Shown here piece by piece: positions 26,115 through 37,879 of a DNA stretch of 64,000 nt (the first letter of the stretch is position 1; every line of letters starts with the position of its first letter). Below the pieces are notes generated by a model. The model worked only from the letters and a program-made list of their open reading frames with translations, made no database searches and was not told the origin of the DNA. The translations under genes were made by a program, and so were the position numbers. This DNA is from Lama glama. Lineage: Eukaryota. The stretch spans positions 54,808,001-54,872,000 of the forward strand of contig CM052828.1 of the NCBI GenBank assembly GCA_028534125.1, in the 5' to 3' direction.

Positions 26115-27943
26115 CCACCCACATCACTATTTTATTCATTGCCAAACAAACAAAAAGGATTTCATTTTGATATTTATTTGTAAAGTTCATATAAGCAAAA
26201 GAAAAAGAATTTAAACTTTAAATCACTATATTGCAATACGAAACTTTAAAAACCTGATTAAAATAATACTGAGTTATCTTTAGCCATATTATGAAGAAAA
26301 AAATTACAGATTAAATCCAAGTGGAATAAATTATTTGTTTGAGATACTGAAAAATAAAGATTTACCTTCCACAGGGAAAAATTAATTAAAAATAATGATA
26401 ATGTTAAGAAAACTAAACCATTAAGACATATGATTTTTATTCTACTATAGATTGATTTAACTTTGTTATCATGTGAAATATTAAAAAAAATTGTTATTTT
26501 AAGAGATATATACACATGAAAGAAAAACACTGAAATATCAGAGATGTAATTCTACACCAAGCTCTTCTAACCATATGTAAAATTAATGCACTCCAAAACT
26601 CAAATTAAGTAGTTAACTTGACTTAACATTTAGAGCAGTTGATTGTGACCTTCAGTCATTGTGGTTGCTAATTTATTTATAGAGAAAACATACTCTTATT
26701 AATCTATGTGGAAAAACCCACTCATTTAGGATAGCATTAATTTCCTCATTCTACAAGAAAAAGAGAGTCTATGAAAGGTTTAACAATTTTCTACATTTCA
26801 CATGGTAGGTCAGCTGGGAAATCAGAAATAGGACTCCAGCCTATTCAATGAGATAACAGATGTTCAAAGAGCTTTGTAAACTCTAAAGAGCTATAAAATG
26901 TATGTTCTGTACAACCTGGATTAGAACACTATGCGTTCAAATACACGTCAACTAAATTCTGTTACAAAAGACTCCTTTTCCCATGGCATGAGACTGCCAT
27001 TGAGAGGAATGTTTATTGTTACTATGAAACGAAAAACAAAAGGTATTTCCTCAGACTGAAGGAAATATGAAATATTTTTAATATGATGTTTCTATCAACT
27101 GTTTATGACAGCTGTTGGGAGCTCTTTGTCTTGTTGCCATTTTGAACAGTTTGGTTGATTGATTTCCTCTCTACCCACCCCAACAAATTTATAACCAAGA
27201 TTCTTTACCCTCATATTTAACATTCAACAGAGAGATATTCTGAATTTTTCAGAGGAATGGAACTCAGTGCCCTGCAGCATTCTGTCAAGAATCTCTCAGC
27301 GGATCTTCTCTTGTAAAAAGGTCTAGACTATGATTTAAGCGCATTTGACTACTTTAGCTCCAAAACACACTTTCAACTTTCCTATCTCCACCTGAGATAG
27401 GTGCAGAGTGGAACAGTTTTGGATTATTCGGATACCCTGGTTCATGGTAGTGGATCTAAAGGAAACTATTATTGTTACTTTATTATAGAGAAGGTGCTGT
27501 AAGTGCCACTGCGTTTTGCTCTAATGAGTTGCCAACAGCACAAATATTGATACTGCATCATGTGATAGCACAACACATTGATAGCACATACTGATGTGAT
27601 TGCACCAATTCCCTTAGTAAACACTCAGATGATCAAGAACAGCTATTCTGTACAACCAGTTTCCGGGGCCATGTTTGAGGTTATAGGCAATGAGGGATGC
27701 TTTACCCTGACACCACTTTCATGCCAATTTGTTCTTATGGTTTCAAAAATTTTAGAAGAGGCCAAAACCTCAAGGTGGACTCAATTCAACATCAGAAAGT
27801 TGCTAGCATATTCACAGTAACTCCAACCAACGTATTTCTCTGTAGGCTAAATTTGTTCATGCAGCATCAGACTCCAGCCTCACCACTTTACTGCTTCAGT
27901 GTTTCCTGCTTAAGAATGTTTCCTGGTTACTACGGCTGAGGGA

Positions 27944-27964
27944 GAAGAAGAAGAAGAAGAAGAA
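27944..27964. repeat. (GAA)7 microsatellite
   Basis: Read directly. Confidence 0.9.
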
Positions 27965-28577
27965 TTGTGGCAATTGAAAAACTTCTTAACAGACATTTTT
28001 ATATATTGTCACTGAAGCCTAACAGTATTTCACTTCCGGTGTGTAAACAGATTTGTTAGATTATAAAATGGCAGGGAAAGGCCTTTGATAACAAAATCTA
28101 AGCTTGTTTTTAACAAAAGGCACCTCCCCACACTGGAACCATCCACAGCACCACACTGACAGTGGTCAGAAACCACAGTCTCCCCAGACTTTCCCGTTCA
28201 GCTCCTCGACAGTTGGTCCTCAGCTCGCAGCGGCATGCAAAATCCACTCTTTGTGGAAGAAATGCCAGAAGGGACTAGAAACTCTACGCATATTTTGGTG
28301 AGCTGCAAGTCCTTTGCTTAATCACAAAATCTATGAAACCTAAGCTCTTAAGTCTGACCTCTTTTCCTAGCTGGGATCCAGAGCTAGCTCAGTCCCAGGA
28401 AAGCTTTCCCTCAAAAATTCACTGAATTCCAACACTCTTGCTCTTTTCTCTTCATTCCACACTCAGGATTCTTCACTCAGGAATGTACTTTCCCGTGACC
28501 TAATTATCAAGTAGGGCTACCCCTCCCACCCCAGCATCCTTTTAGTCCTGCGGGCCAGACAGGAACCAAGGAGAAAC

Positions 28578-28738
28578 AAAGTTCTCAAGTTCTGCTTGAG
28601 TCACGACCAATTTGAGAATTTCTAAGTCTTAGTCCTCCCACCAGGAAAATTCAAACATACACTCAAGTATATGGGACATTTTAGCACTTTATGGACCGTC
28701 AGAGAACCATCCATGGACCCTGGATTGAGGAATCGCTG
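28578..28738. mobile_element. MER103-like hAT-Charlie element
   Basis: 'gagtcacgaccaatttgagaat...ccaggaaaattcaaacatacac...ccatccatggaccctggattgaggaatcgctg'. Confidence 0.65.
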
Positions 28739-28759
28739 GAAATGGAAAGATCTAAGTAT

Positions 28760-28910
28760 ATCTGAAGACAAAACTGCCAGATTCAACTTCCAGTTTTGTT
28801 CCTAACTCACTGTAAGACTCTAGGCAAGTCAATTAAAATTCTTTGAGCTGTTGTATTCTTGTTTACAAAATGGTGATAATAATTCCTACTGTAGCCACCT
28901 CTATGGGTTC
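28760..28910 (+). mobile_element. MIR SINE
   Basis: 'ctaggcaagtcaattaaaattctttgagctg...gtttacaaaatggtgataataa'. Confidence 0.65.
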
Positions 28911-30409
28911 TATTGATAGAAGTTGTTCTGTATGTCAAAACGTTATAATTATATATTCCTATATAAAGTATGCCTTTTTCTTAGAAACCTTGGAATTATC
29001 TCTGAGTCTTTGTTTTTGTTTGTCTCCTAACATCTGTCAGATGTGCCTTCCATGTATCTCTCATTGACTCACTCACCTTGGTCAGGTCCTTATTTCTGAA
29101 CCCCAGTCTTACAAATGCATTGCTATATATAAATAAAGAAATATAAACATATATATATAATGTCTGTATCTTTGTGTATGTAAACATACAAAATTTTATA
29201 TGTGAATGTAATACATATTCATTTAACTCTCTGCCTTCACTATGTTGCAATGAGATAACCACGTTTCCAACAAAAATGCATTGTTTCATCTAAATGATGT
29301 TCTCTCTCTAATCATTTCTGCACTGGCACAAAGTACGCCAAGATAGAAAATTTAGAGCACACAGTGAGAGCATTTGCTGATGAGGGGTGGAAAGAAATGG
29401 GCATGAAGAGTCAATGAAGAGGCTTTCATTAAGAAAATTCCATCTCATCCTATAGAGCAAAGATTTTGAAACAGATATTAGGAAAATGTTAAATAGGACA
29501 GTACAGCATCCTGTTGCCTTACTGGGCTTCACAGATTACTGACTCTGGCAACCTTCCCTCTCCTGCTACCTGGGAAGCACTGGGATCCCCATCTTACAGC
29601 CCATTTCTGAAAGACTGTACAACATTCAAAAGTATGAGGGATTAAAAAATGAAAAGGCACAAGATACTCATACACATCATACTGGTGTTCAGGATTGTAC
29701 TTCTGAAAATCATTATACATGTAAGTATCACATGTTCCTTTCTTAATAATCTATCAAAAATGCACAATCATATGAAAATGATGAGGCAGGGCACCCAAGA
29801 CATAATTAAATCTGCGATCCCTGTGTGCATTTTGCGAACATTTTGGTTCGTCAGTGGAGCCAGTGATAAGAAGGCTCACATGCAGCTGTCTGCCCTTCAC
29901 TGCAAGGCTCTGCTTTTTATAAATTCTTTCCTCCCTCTGCCCAGGCGGTACAGCACCGACTGAAACACTGAAAACACTCCTCCCTGCCAAGAAGCCAGCA
30001 GTTACTTCTATATTCTGTCTTCTTCCCTGCAATAAACTGTTCATAAAAACGTCCTCACATGTTCTTTCTTAAAACTTCACAATGTGATTTAAAACATAAA
30101 ATAATCTCAGACAGGTAATATCTTAAAGCAGAAAAATACACATTTGCTGGAAAAAAGATCATAAAAATTCTCTTCTGAACTAGCATAGTATATCATTTTT
30201 TAGTACAGATCTTTATACCAAATTTGCTTAGAACTACTAGATTGAATAATAAGAGTTACTCAACTACAATTTCCTTACATGCAATTGTACGACAGTCACT
30301 GTGAAATGTACTACTTAATAATTCAGCTAGTTTTAAAACTCACTGTCATAAGCAGGGAGAATCCCAGAATCGAGGGAAAACACAATGAAAGGAAGTAATT
30401 CAAAAGGTC

Positions 30410-30928
30410 TGTATTGTTACCTATTGCTGCATAACAAATCACCCCAAAACTTATCAACTTAAAACAGCAGTAAATGTTTATCATCTCACAGTTTCTGTGG
30501 GCCAAGAATTCTCTGGAAGCATCTTAGCTGAGTGGTTCCCGCTCAGGGTCTCCCACGGTGTTGCTGTCAGGGTGTTGGTCTGGGCTCACTCATCAGACGG
30601 CTGACTGGTTGACGCCTCCACTCTCAAGATGGGTCCCTCTCCTGGTTGACAGTTGGTTCTGGGTGTTGGCAAGAGGTCTCAGCTCCTGGCCAAATGGGAG
30701 CCCCATGGAGCTGCTTTAGTGTCCTCATATGATGGCAGTTGGCTCTTCCCAGAGCAAGTGACCAAGAGAGAGTAAGGAGGAAGCCACTGTCTTTTATGAC
30801 CTAGTCTCATGTCATTTCTGAATACTGTATTCATTACACAAGTCAGCCCTTGTGGGAGGAAACCACACAAGGGCATGAAGACCAGGAGTCAAGGTTCACC
30901 AGGGCCACCTTGGAGGTTGATCACCACA
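30410..30928 (-). mobile_element. MaLR solo LTR (MLT1F-like)
   Basis: 'tgtattgttacctattgctgcataacaaatcaccccaaaactt...atctcacagtttctgtgggcc' through 'gggccaccttggaggttgatcaccaca'; the reverse strand starts TGTGGT..CCTCCAAGGTGGCCC. Confidence 0.88.
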
Positions 30929-31119
30929 GATCCGCACCTAACTTTAAATCACTAAAATATTCAGAGTGTGTGAGAGGGTGGAGGTAGAGGACATAGACAG
31001 GTTCCTGGGACTAAGGGAAACCTAGTTTCAAGAACTTAGTCTCCCAGTTACTAAATTGCGGAACATGATCTAACTTTTTTGAACTTCAGTCTTCTCATTC
31101 TTAAAAAAGGGTTACATTA

Positions 31120-31529
31120 CTGGGGCAGACCCATAATGTTCACCACCACCCACCTGTTTCCTTACATTTCCCATCCTCCTTGCAGGGAGGTGAGGCCATG
31201 TGACTAGCTCTGGCCAACGGGCTACAAGGGAAAGTAATGTGGGAAACTTCCAGGCTGAGGTCTTAAAAACCCATGCATGTGTTTTCTGTTTCTTTTTCCC
31301 TGCCACAGCAAACAGGCAGGCCCTCGCTCTGGGCGGTGTAACTGCAGGGTGACGGTGCTTTCTTTGGCCTCAAATGCCAAGTGACTACAGGAGGAATTAC
31401 CCTGAAAGGTCACCTGGCACCATAATGATTTTGGTGTGAGCAAAAGGTAAACTTTTACATTATTAGGCCACTGATATGTGGGATCTGTTTGATGCCACAG
31501 CGTAATCCAGCCTAACCTAATTCACATAC
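31120..31529 (+). mobile_element. MaLR solo LTR (MLT1I/J-like)
   Basis: 'acatttcccatcctccttgcag...ggccatgtgactagctctggccaa' and 3' 'gtgagcaaaaggtaaactttt...gccactga...cacagcgtaatccagccta'. Confidence 0.75.
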
Positions 31530-33715
31530 CTAGAAGAATGAAATTGATTTTGAAAATTAAATGAGGGAATACATGTTAAACTCCAAACACAGTATCTACA
31601 TGACAGGCATTTTAACATGTTAGCTCTTCACCACCTTCTCAACTCAGCCTGTTTCCTCATTAGCTAAATAAATAAACAAATAAACAAATTCACAGAATTG
31701 CTTTCAGAATTAAAAGAAAGAAACAGGGTGAAAAAGTTTACCACATACAAATGAAGTAACACATTAGGTAATAAATACAGTTTTTCCTCTTTTTTCCTCT
31801 GAATTGTGATCAGAAGTGGTTCAGAAGATCTTTTTCCTCTCACCAGAACTCCTCTCCTCTGCATTCAAAGCTTCAGAGTCCCTGGGAAGCTAACATACTG
31901 AGTTTATTTGATAGTTTCAGCAAAAATATCACACTTTCTACTTAAGACAAAATGCAAGACAGAAATGATAACACTTTAAAAGAATTACCAGCTCTGACAA
32001 TAATGCAATGACTTCATTTCAGAATTACTCTAAATTGGTCATTATTTCCTTACATGTAAAGAAAATGCAATTTACCTTCTTTTTAATTTGGGTATTAAAG
32101 GCCCACAAATGCCACCTCTCAGGGCTTTTGTCCCACCAAGAGAACAGAAGTGACAAGAAGAAAAGAAGTGACATGACTCGCCTCCTGTTTAAACTCAATA
32201 ACATAGAAAGCTAACATATAATTGGATCCTCCAGATCTAAATAAGTATGAGTAAGAGCCAACAAGGAGAATTATTTTCTTTAAAAGAATCCAACCATTTT
32301 TGTAACAACAGTCATTACACCATTTCACAGGAGTTTTTCTGGAGAGATTTCATCTCGAATGTATTGTGTGCTCTCAATCAACAGACTAGTACAATTCACC
32401 CACTTCCTCACTGAAAAAATAATCATGTGTGTCTTGTGACGTCAGCCGTGGGGTTGCTGGCCCCTGTGTTACACACCCAGGTCACACCGCCTGACACTGG
32501 AGTGCTGGTGTCAGTGGCCGTGACTCTTCTGCCACATGGAGGCTCCGGACACTTTGCTGTTCTTCTGTCATCGTCCTTCACCGAAAGGCCCCCAGCAATG
32601 ACCACCATGCCCTCCGCAGCCCAGTAAAAGTAGAACAGCATGCATTCTGCAGCTCTCCCTCTCCTCAGCAGCAGTGAGAAAGCAAATTCTGCTTTCTCGT
32701 GATGTAGTCCGAGATGCAGGAACATGAGAGACGCACCGTTGAGAACACAGGTCCGGTGTCTCAAGCTAATTGCCATCAGACAGACTGGCTTTGCTCTTGT
32801 GTGTGTTCCCTGTGCCGGGAGTCAATGTGTGAGTGGTGCTGAGTCACGGTGACACAGGAGCTTGCTGCAGACGTTCTCAAATGGGCTGTTACAAGGTCAC
32901 ACTCTCTCCCTACTCTGTGGCCAGGTGGCTCTACCTGTTCAAGGTTAAGCATTGTTACCTTAGGGTGTTTGAGAACCTCACACAGGACCTCCTCAACTGA
33001 CATGCTTACCTGAATGCACCCACATGAAATATACTTACAACCAAATAGCATTAGATGCCAGTAAAGTAAAAAAAAATACACAGAAAAATTAAGAATCCAT
33101 ATATAATATTTAGATAGCACACTAATTGTTTTGAGTTTAATGTAATACATTTCTTGGAACATGAAAGCCCTCCTTCTATTATTGTCACTGCTTGTTGCTT
33201 CTTTGTCTCAGGATTTATGATTTAAGCTTTGAGCTACAAAATGAATTCAAAGTTCCATGCTTTGGTCTGTCTCAGACTTCCCTAGCAGAATTCTTTAATT
33301 GTAAAATGGGAAGAACAATTCTTTTGGCACATCAAAAATAAAATTAGTACAGACAAGTGCACTTTAAAGCAAATGGCAACAATTATAAGACAGAAGACAT
33401 TATTAAATACAAAGATTAATTTTAATGAGATAATTATGCTATAAGATACCTGGATTAATTTATTTAACCAAAGGGGGTAAAGAAGGAATTTTCCACTATG
33501 CATCCAGGTTTATTCCTGTAATACCCAATAGATTTATCAAAATAATAATAAAATAGAGATATACAAATATGCCCGATCTTGTCTTATACATTTTGTGTTT
33601 CTTGTTCAAACGTAACAAGACTTTATTAGCATTGTTCGATCTGCCATGAGGAACCAAACAGAAGTGTTAGGAGAAGGCCCCCACCTCTAATGACCTTAAG
33701 GCCTTAGGGAAATCA

Positions 33716-33717
<2 letters not shown>

Positions 33718-33761
<44 letters not shown>
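33718..33761. repeat. Perfect (CA)22 microsatellite
   Basis: Read directly. Confidence 0.95.
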
Positions 33762-33764
<3 letters not shown>

Positions 33765-34259
33765 CATAACCCTATCTTTTATACTCAAAACTTCTGCCTC
33801 ATATTAAAGAAAAAAAACAGAAAAATTGTTCAAATCCTAGTAATTCTTAGAAATGTTTCCCGCCCAAGATCTCTCCACTCCTACCACAACCACACTGTTC
33901 CTATGTCATCGCATTACGACCCATACACTGTTGTAACAGCAACTGGCCACCTGTCTTTCTATATTCCAGGTACATTCCAGAAGCACAAACAATTAGGTCT
34001 CACAGACTTGAAACTTTGGGTAACTCCCTGTTGACTAGACAATAAAATCAAAACTCATAACCCAAACATAATAACTCGTAACCCAAACATAACCCTTCAT
34101 GGGCTTATCCTACCCATCGTTAGACTAACCACCAGCTCCACATGCTCTGGGTTTCCAGAGCTTGCGCTCCCCTGCATTTTCCTGCAATCAACAAGTCATG
34201 ACAGGTTCTTTCACAGGCTGGGTGGTTGGAGGGTTTTTTATTCTCTCTCTCTCCCCCTA

Positions 34260-34565
34260 AAATGGCCTTAACTCTCCTCTTCTCCAATAAACTTTTATTC
34301 AGCCTTGAAAACCCAGTTTCAGTGCAAACCACTTGGTAAAGCTCCACCAAGCCAGTTTTCATAGATCTAGAGGCAGTTCATTTCACTGTTGTAACTCTTG
34401 TCACACTGAATTATAATATCAGTATTACTGCTCTCGTTCCAGAGCTATGCTGTGAGCTCCACATGGGCAGTCATTCTGTCTTATTTATTTTTATATCCTC
34501 AGCACCATCACATTCTTGGCACACAGAAGATGCTTAGTCATGTTAAAAGAATGAACGAATGAATA
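34260..34565 (+). mobile_element. LINE-2 3' end
   Basis: 'ctgtgagctccacatgggcag...tgtcttatttatttttatatcctcagcacc...tggcacacagaagatgctta...gaatgaacgaatgaat'. Confidence 0.8.
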
Positions 34566-35131
34566 TCTAAGAAAGCACTTTAAAAGTTTACAGAAGGGAG
34601 AATTCAGTATGTTCTGGGGTGAACAGTAATTGCTACATTAAAATATATGTAAATAAAATGTTTGTACGTAACATATTCTAAACGCACTAATAAAGTAAGG
34701 AATTATTCATAAGTATGAAAAATCATACTTTAACCTTTTTTAACTTCAGACTTTCTTAAAATAGGATACACCCAGACTATCAAACAAGCTCTTTAATATG
34801 CTGTAAGTATCTAGTTGGAAGAGGTTTAGGTTCGGAATTAATTTAAATTCTTGGGATCAGAGAAATAGACATTCTTCTACTTGGATCATCAGTGTCTAAT
34901 TTTATTTATTACTATCAATCTGTAGCCATTGTATTTAACATTAAATATTTAAATTTATGTTTAACATTTAACAATTAATATTTCAATTATATTTCAACAA
35001 ATAAAGCCATTTTAATGCTATAATCTAGGCTTTTCTCTTACATAAGCAGTACTTCCCTCCACTTTATTCTGAAATATTACCATTTTACTTCAGGATAAAA
35101 CCTGAAAAACATCTAATCCAAAACATTCTTC

Positions 35132-35362
35132 CATGGCACCAGATTTAGAAAAAATAAAAATAGGAAACCTATAGTATGCCCAGTTAAATTTGAATTTCAG
35201 ATAAATAATGATTGCTTTATTTTATTTTTAGTTTAAATCTGTCTTGTGCAATATTCGAGGCATACTTATGGTAATATTCATTTATTTACTTACTTACTTA
35301 CTTATTTATTTATCTGAAATTCAAATTTAAATGGGTGTCTTTCATTTTATTTGGCAACCCTG
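35132..35362. mobile_element. MER53 palindromic MITE
   Basis: Arms CCCAGTTAAATTTGAATTTCAGATAAATAA (35179-35208) and TTATTTATCTGAAATTCAAATTTAAATGGG (35306-35335) are 29/30 complementary. Right TIR TGGCAACCCTG; central 'gcaatatt...catacttat'. Confidence 0.88.
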
Positions 35363-35713
35363 CATGCAGCAAACAAGAAGACTAGCAATAAATAGATGTT
35401 AGGAGGTCACAGATGCCCAAAGAGTACCATCTTTAAAGACTAGATTTCCTGGTAACCCAGAGGAAACCTCAGGACCTCAACCATCTCCTACACCATATAT
35501 GTGGCCTTAAAGAGACCCATCCTTACCTATGTGCTGCAGCATTAGGGCTCTCCATAGCAAACTCGGTTTGGTAAAGGCACAATCCAAGATCATGTCTGAG
35601 GGTAGTTTTTTATAAAGGAGAGAAAAGATGATCTTCACAGAACTAGCCTCAGGAGTCTGTCCTGCTACTGTCTTAATGGATCTTATTTTACAACTATTGT
35701 AACCTGCCCAGTA

Positions 35714-36677
35714 AAACGATATACAAAAGGCCAACAGGTACATGAAAAGGTGCTCAACATCACTAACCATCAAGAAAATGTAAACCAAAACCAAAATGAA
35801 GTATCACCTCACACCTGTTAGGATGGCAATTGTGAAAAAAAAGGATAACAAATGTTGCTCAGAATAGGAAGAAANNNNNNNNNNNNNNNNNNNNNNNNNN
35901 NNNNNNNNNNNNNNNNNNNNNNNNNNNNNNNNNNNNNNNNNNNNNNNNNNNNNNNNNNNNNNNNNNNNNNNNNNNNNNNNNNNNNNNNNNNNNNNNNNNN
36001 NNNNNNNNNNNNNNNNNNNNNNNNNNNNNNNNNNNTCCCATTGCTACTATTGCAGGATTACTCACAATAGCCAAGATACGGAAACAATCTAAAAGTCCGC
36101 TGGTGGATGTGTAGATAAAGAAAATATGGTATATGCATACAACCGAATATCACTCANNNNNNNNNNNNNNNNNNNNNNNNNNNNNNNNNNNNNNNNNNNN
36201 NNNNNNNNNNNNNNNNNNNNNNNNNNNNNNNNNNNNNNNNNNNNNNNNNNNNNNNNNNNNNNNNNNNNNNNNNNNNNNNNNNNNNNNNNNNNNNNNNNNN
36301 NNNNNNNNNNNNAGAATAGTGATGGCCCGGGGCTGGGGGAGGAGGTGTAAATAGGGAGGTAAAGGTCAAACAGCACAAAGGTTCAGTTATGCAAAAGAAA
36401 TGAGCTTTGGAGATCGACTGTACAGCCCAGGGCCTACAGCTAGCAGGACTCTATTCTATACTTAAAATTTTCTAATAAGATGGATTTTACGTTACATGTT
36501 CTTCTCAATAATAATAACAATAGTAATAGAGGTGAGAGGAAACTTTGGGAAGTGATGGATGTGTCTATGGCATTAATGGTGGTGATAGCAGCTGCCTAAC
36601 TATCCCCAAATTCAGTGGCACACATTAAATATGCACAGCTTTTACATGTCTATCATACCTCAATGAAGTGGTATAAA
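35714..36677 (+). mobile_element. Older LINE-1 (L1MA/MB-type) 3' portion containing two gaps
   Basis: 'ggccaacaggtacatgaaaaggtgctcaacatcactaa...tatcacctcacacctgttaggatggc' and 'tcacaatagccaagatacggaaacaa', with a 3' UTR ending 'catacctcaatgaag'. Confidence 0.9.
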
Positions 36678-36679
36678 GA

Positions 36680-36905
36680 ATGCAAGTTAATAAGCACTTC
36701 CTATAACCCAGGGGCTCCTGTGAGACTTCAGATGCATTGTTACTATTAAACCTCCCAACACCCCTACAAGATATGTGTCTTTACGTCTACTTTACAAATA
36801 CAGAGACTGAGACTCAGACAAAATAACAATTTTTGCCCTAGGCCAAACAGAGAGGAGGGGTGGGGATGAGACCGAGACCCAGATTTGTCCGACTTCAGAA
36901 CTACT
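36680..36905 (-). mobile_element. MIR SINE
   Basis: 'aacctcccaacacccctacaag...ttttacaaatacagagactgagactcagac...gcccta ggcc...cccagatttgtccgacttcaga'. Confidence 0.75.
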
Positions 36906-37712
36906 GGAGTATTTAATAATGACGTTATGTACCAGCTTTTAGTACCTGCATTCTTCTAAAAGACTAAAGGAAATGCAAAAGTGCTCAAATGAGTTCACGT
37001 ATAAATAATTGATCTCAAGATAGACAGATAAGTTCCTAAGCAGGAATGCGGGTGTGCGTGTAACTGTGCGTGGTCACATACAACTTCCTCTAAACACGTT
37101 TCTCTAAAATCAAAGAGATTTACAAAACCAAACCCTCACCATTCTGCCTTCAGTATAGTTGAAGTTTCCTAGATGGTACATTACTATCCTAAGAAGCTAG
37201 CACATTTCCAAAAGGATCTACCTAACTTTTAACTATAAATACTGTGTATTAAATCAGTCAGGTATAGGCAGGTAAATACAAAAATAATCTGTCCATTTCT
37301 TCTGTTTCCCCAGGTACAAGAAATTGATCATAATATTTTAAGACAGAGCAGAATGTTCATCTGAGTCACACTAAGTNNNNNNNNNNNNNNNNNNNNNNNN
37401 NNNNNNNNNNNNNNNNNNNNNNNNNNNNNNNNNNNNNNNNNNNNNNNNNNNNNNNNNNNNNNNNNNNNNNNNNNNNNNNNNNNNNNNNNNNNNNNNNNNN
37501 NNNNNNNNNNNNNNNNGTTTATCAACAGTCGAGTATTAAATTGGTAAGCTTGATTTATGTTATGTAATTTAACTAGTATATAACTTAAACATTCTTAAAA
37601 TTAAGTCACTATTTGGATAAATGCAATAAACACAAGATTAAGTTTGATGGTGAGGTGCTTATCTCCAGAGGAGTTCAATCAGACTGGGAAAACATTTGGT
37701 AGAGATTTTATA

Positions 37713-37879
37713 GAGTGGCTCTGAACCTTGACTAGAATCACCCAAGGAGCTTTAAAAAAGACTGATGCCTTGGGCCCACCATGGAGGTTCTGATATAGTT
37801 GGACCAAGGTGAAGCCTAACACTGGATTTTAAAGCTCCTCAAGTCGTTCAAATAGGTGGGCACGCTTGACAACCACTGC
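37713..37879. mobile_element. MER5-family hAT-Charlie MITE
   Basis: 'agtggctctgaacctt...agaatcacccaaggagctttaaaaaagactgatgcc...ttgacaaccactg'. Confidence 0.8.

Noticed and set aside
32423-33162. Adjacent 117- and 128-aa minus-strand ORFs
   Set aside because: No recognisable protein motifs and no convincing flanking splice pair. The region is better explained as regulatory.
34052-34093. Two-copy 21-bp tandem repeat (similar small duplications at about 1633 and 39282)
   Set aside because: Ordinary slippage duplications. They are not CRISPR-like, having no spacers and a eukaryotic context.
18046-37516. Two gaps (18055 and 37377) that both open right after ACTAAGT(GA)
   Set aside because: The motif resembles L1 3'-end sequence, so these are most likely unresolved or masked short repeats, not biology.
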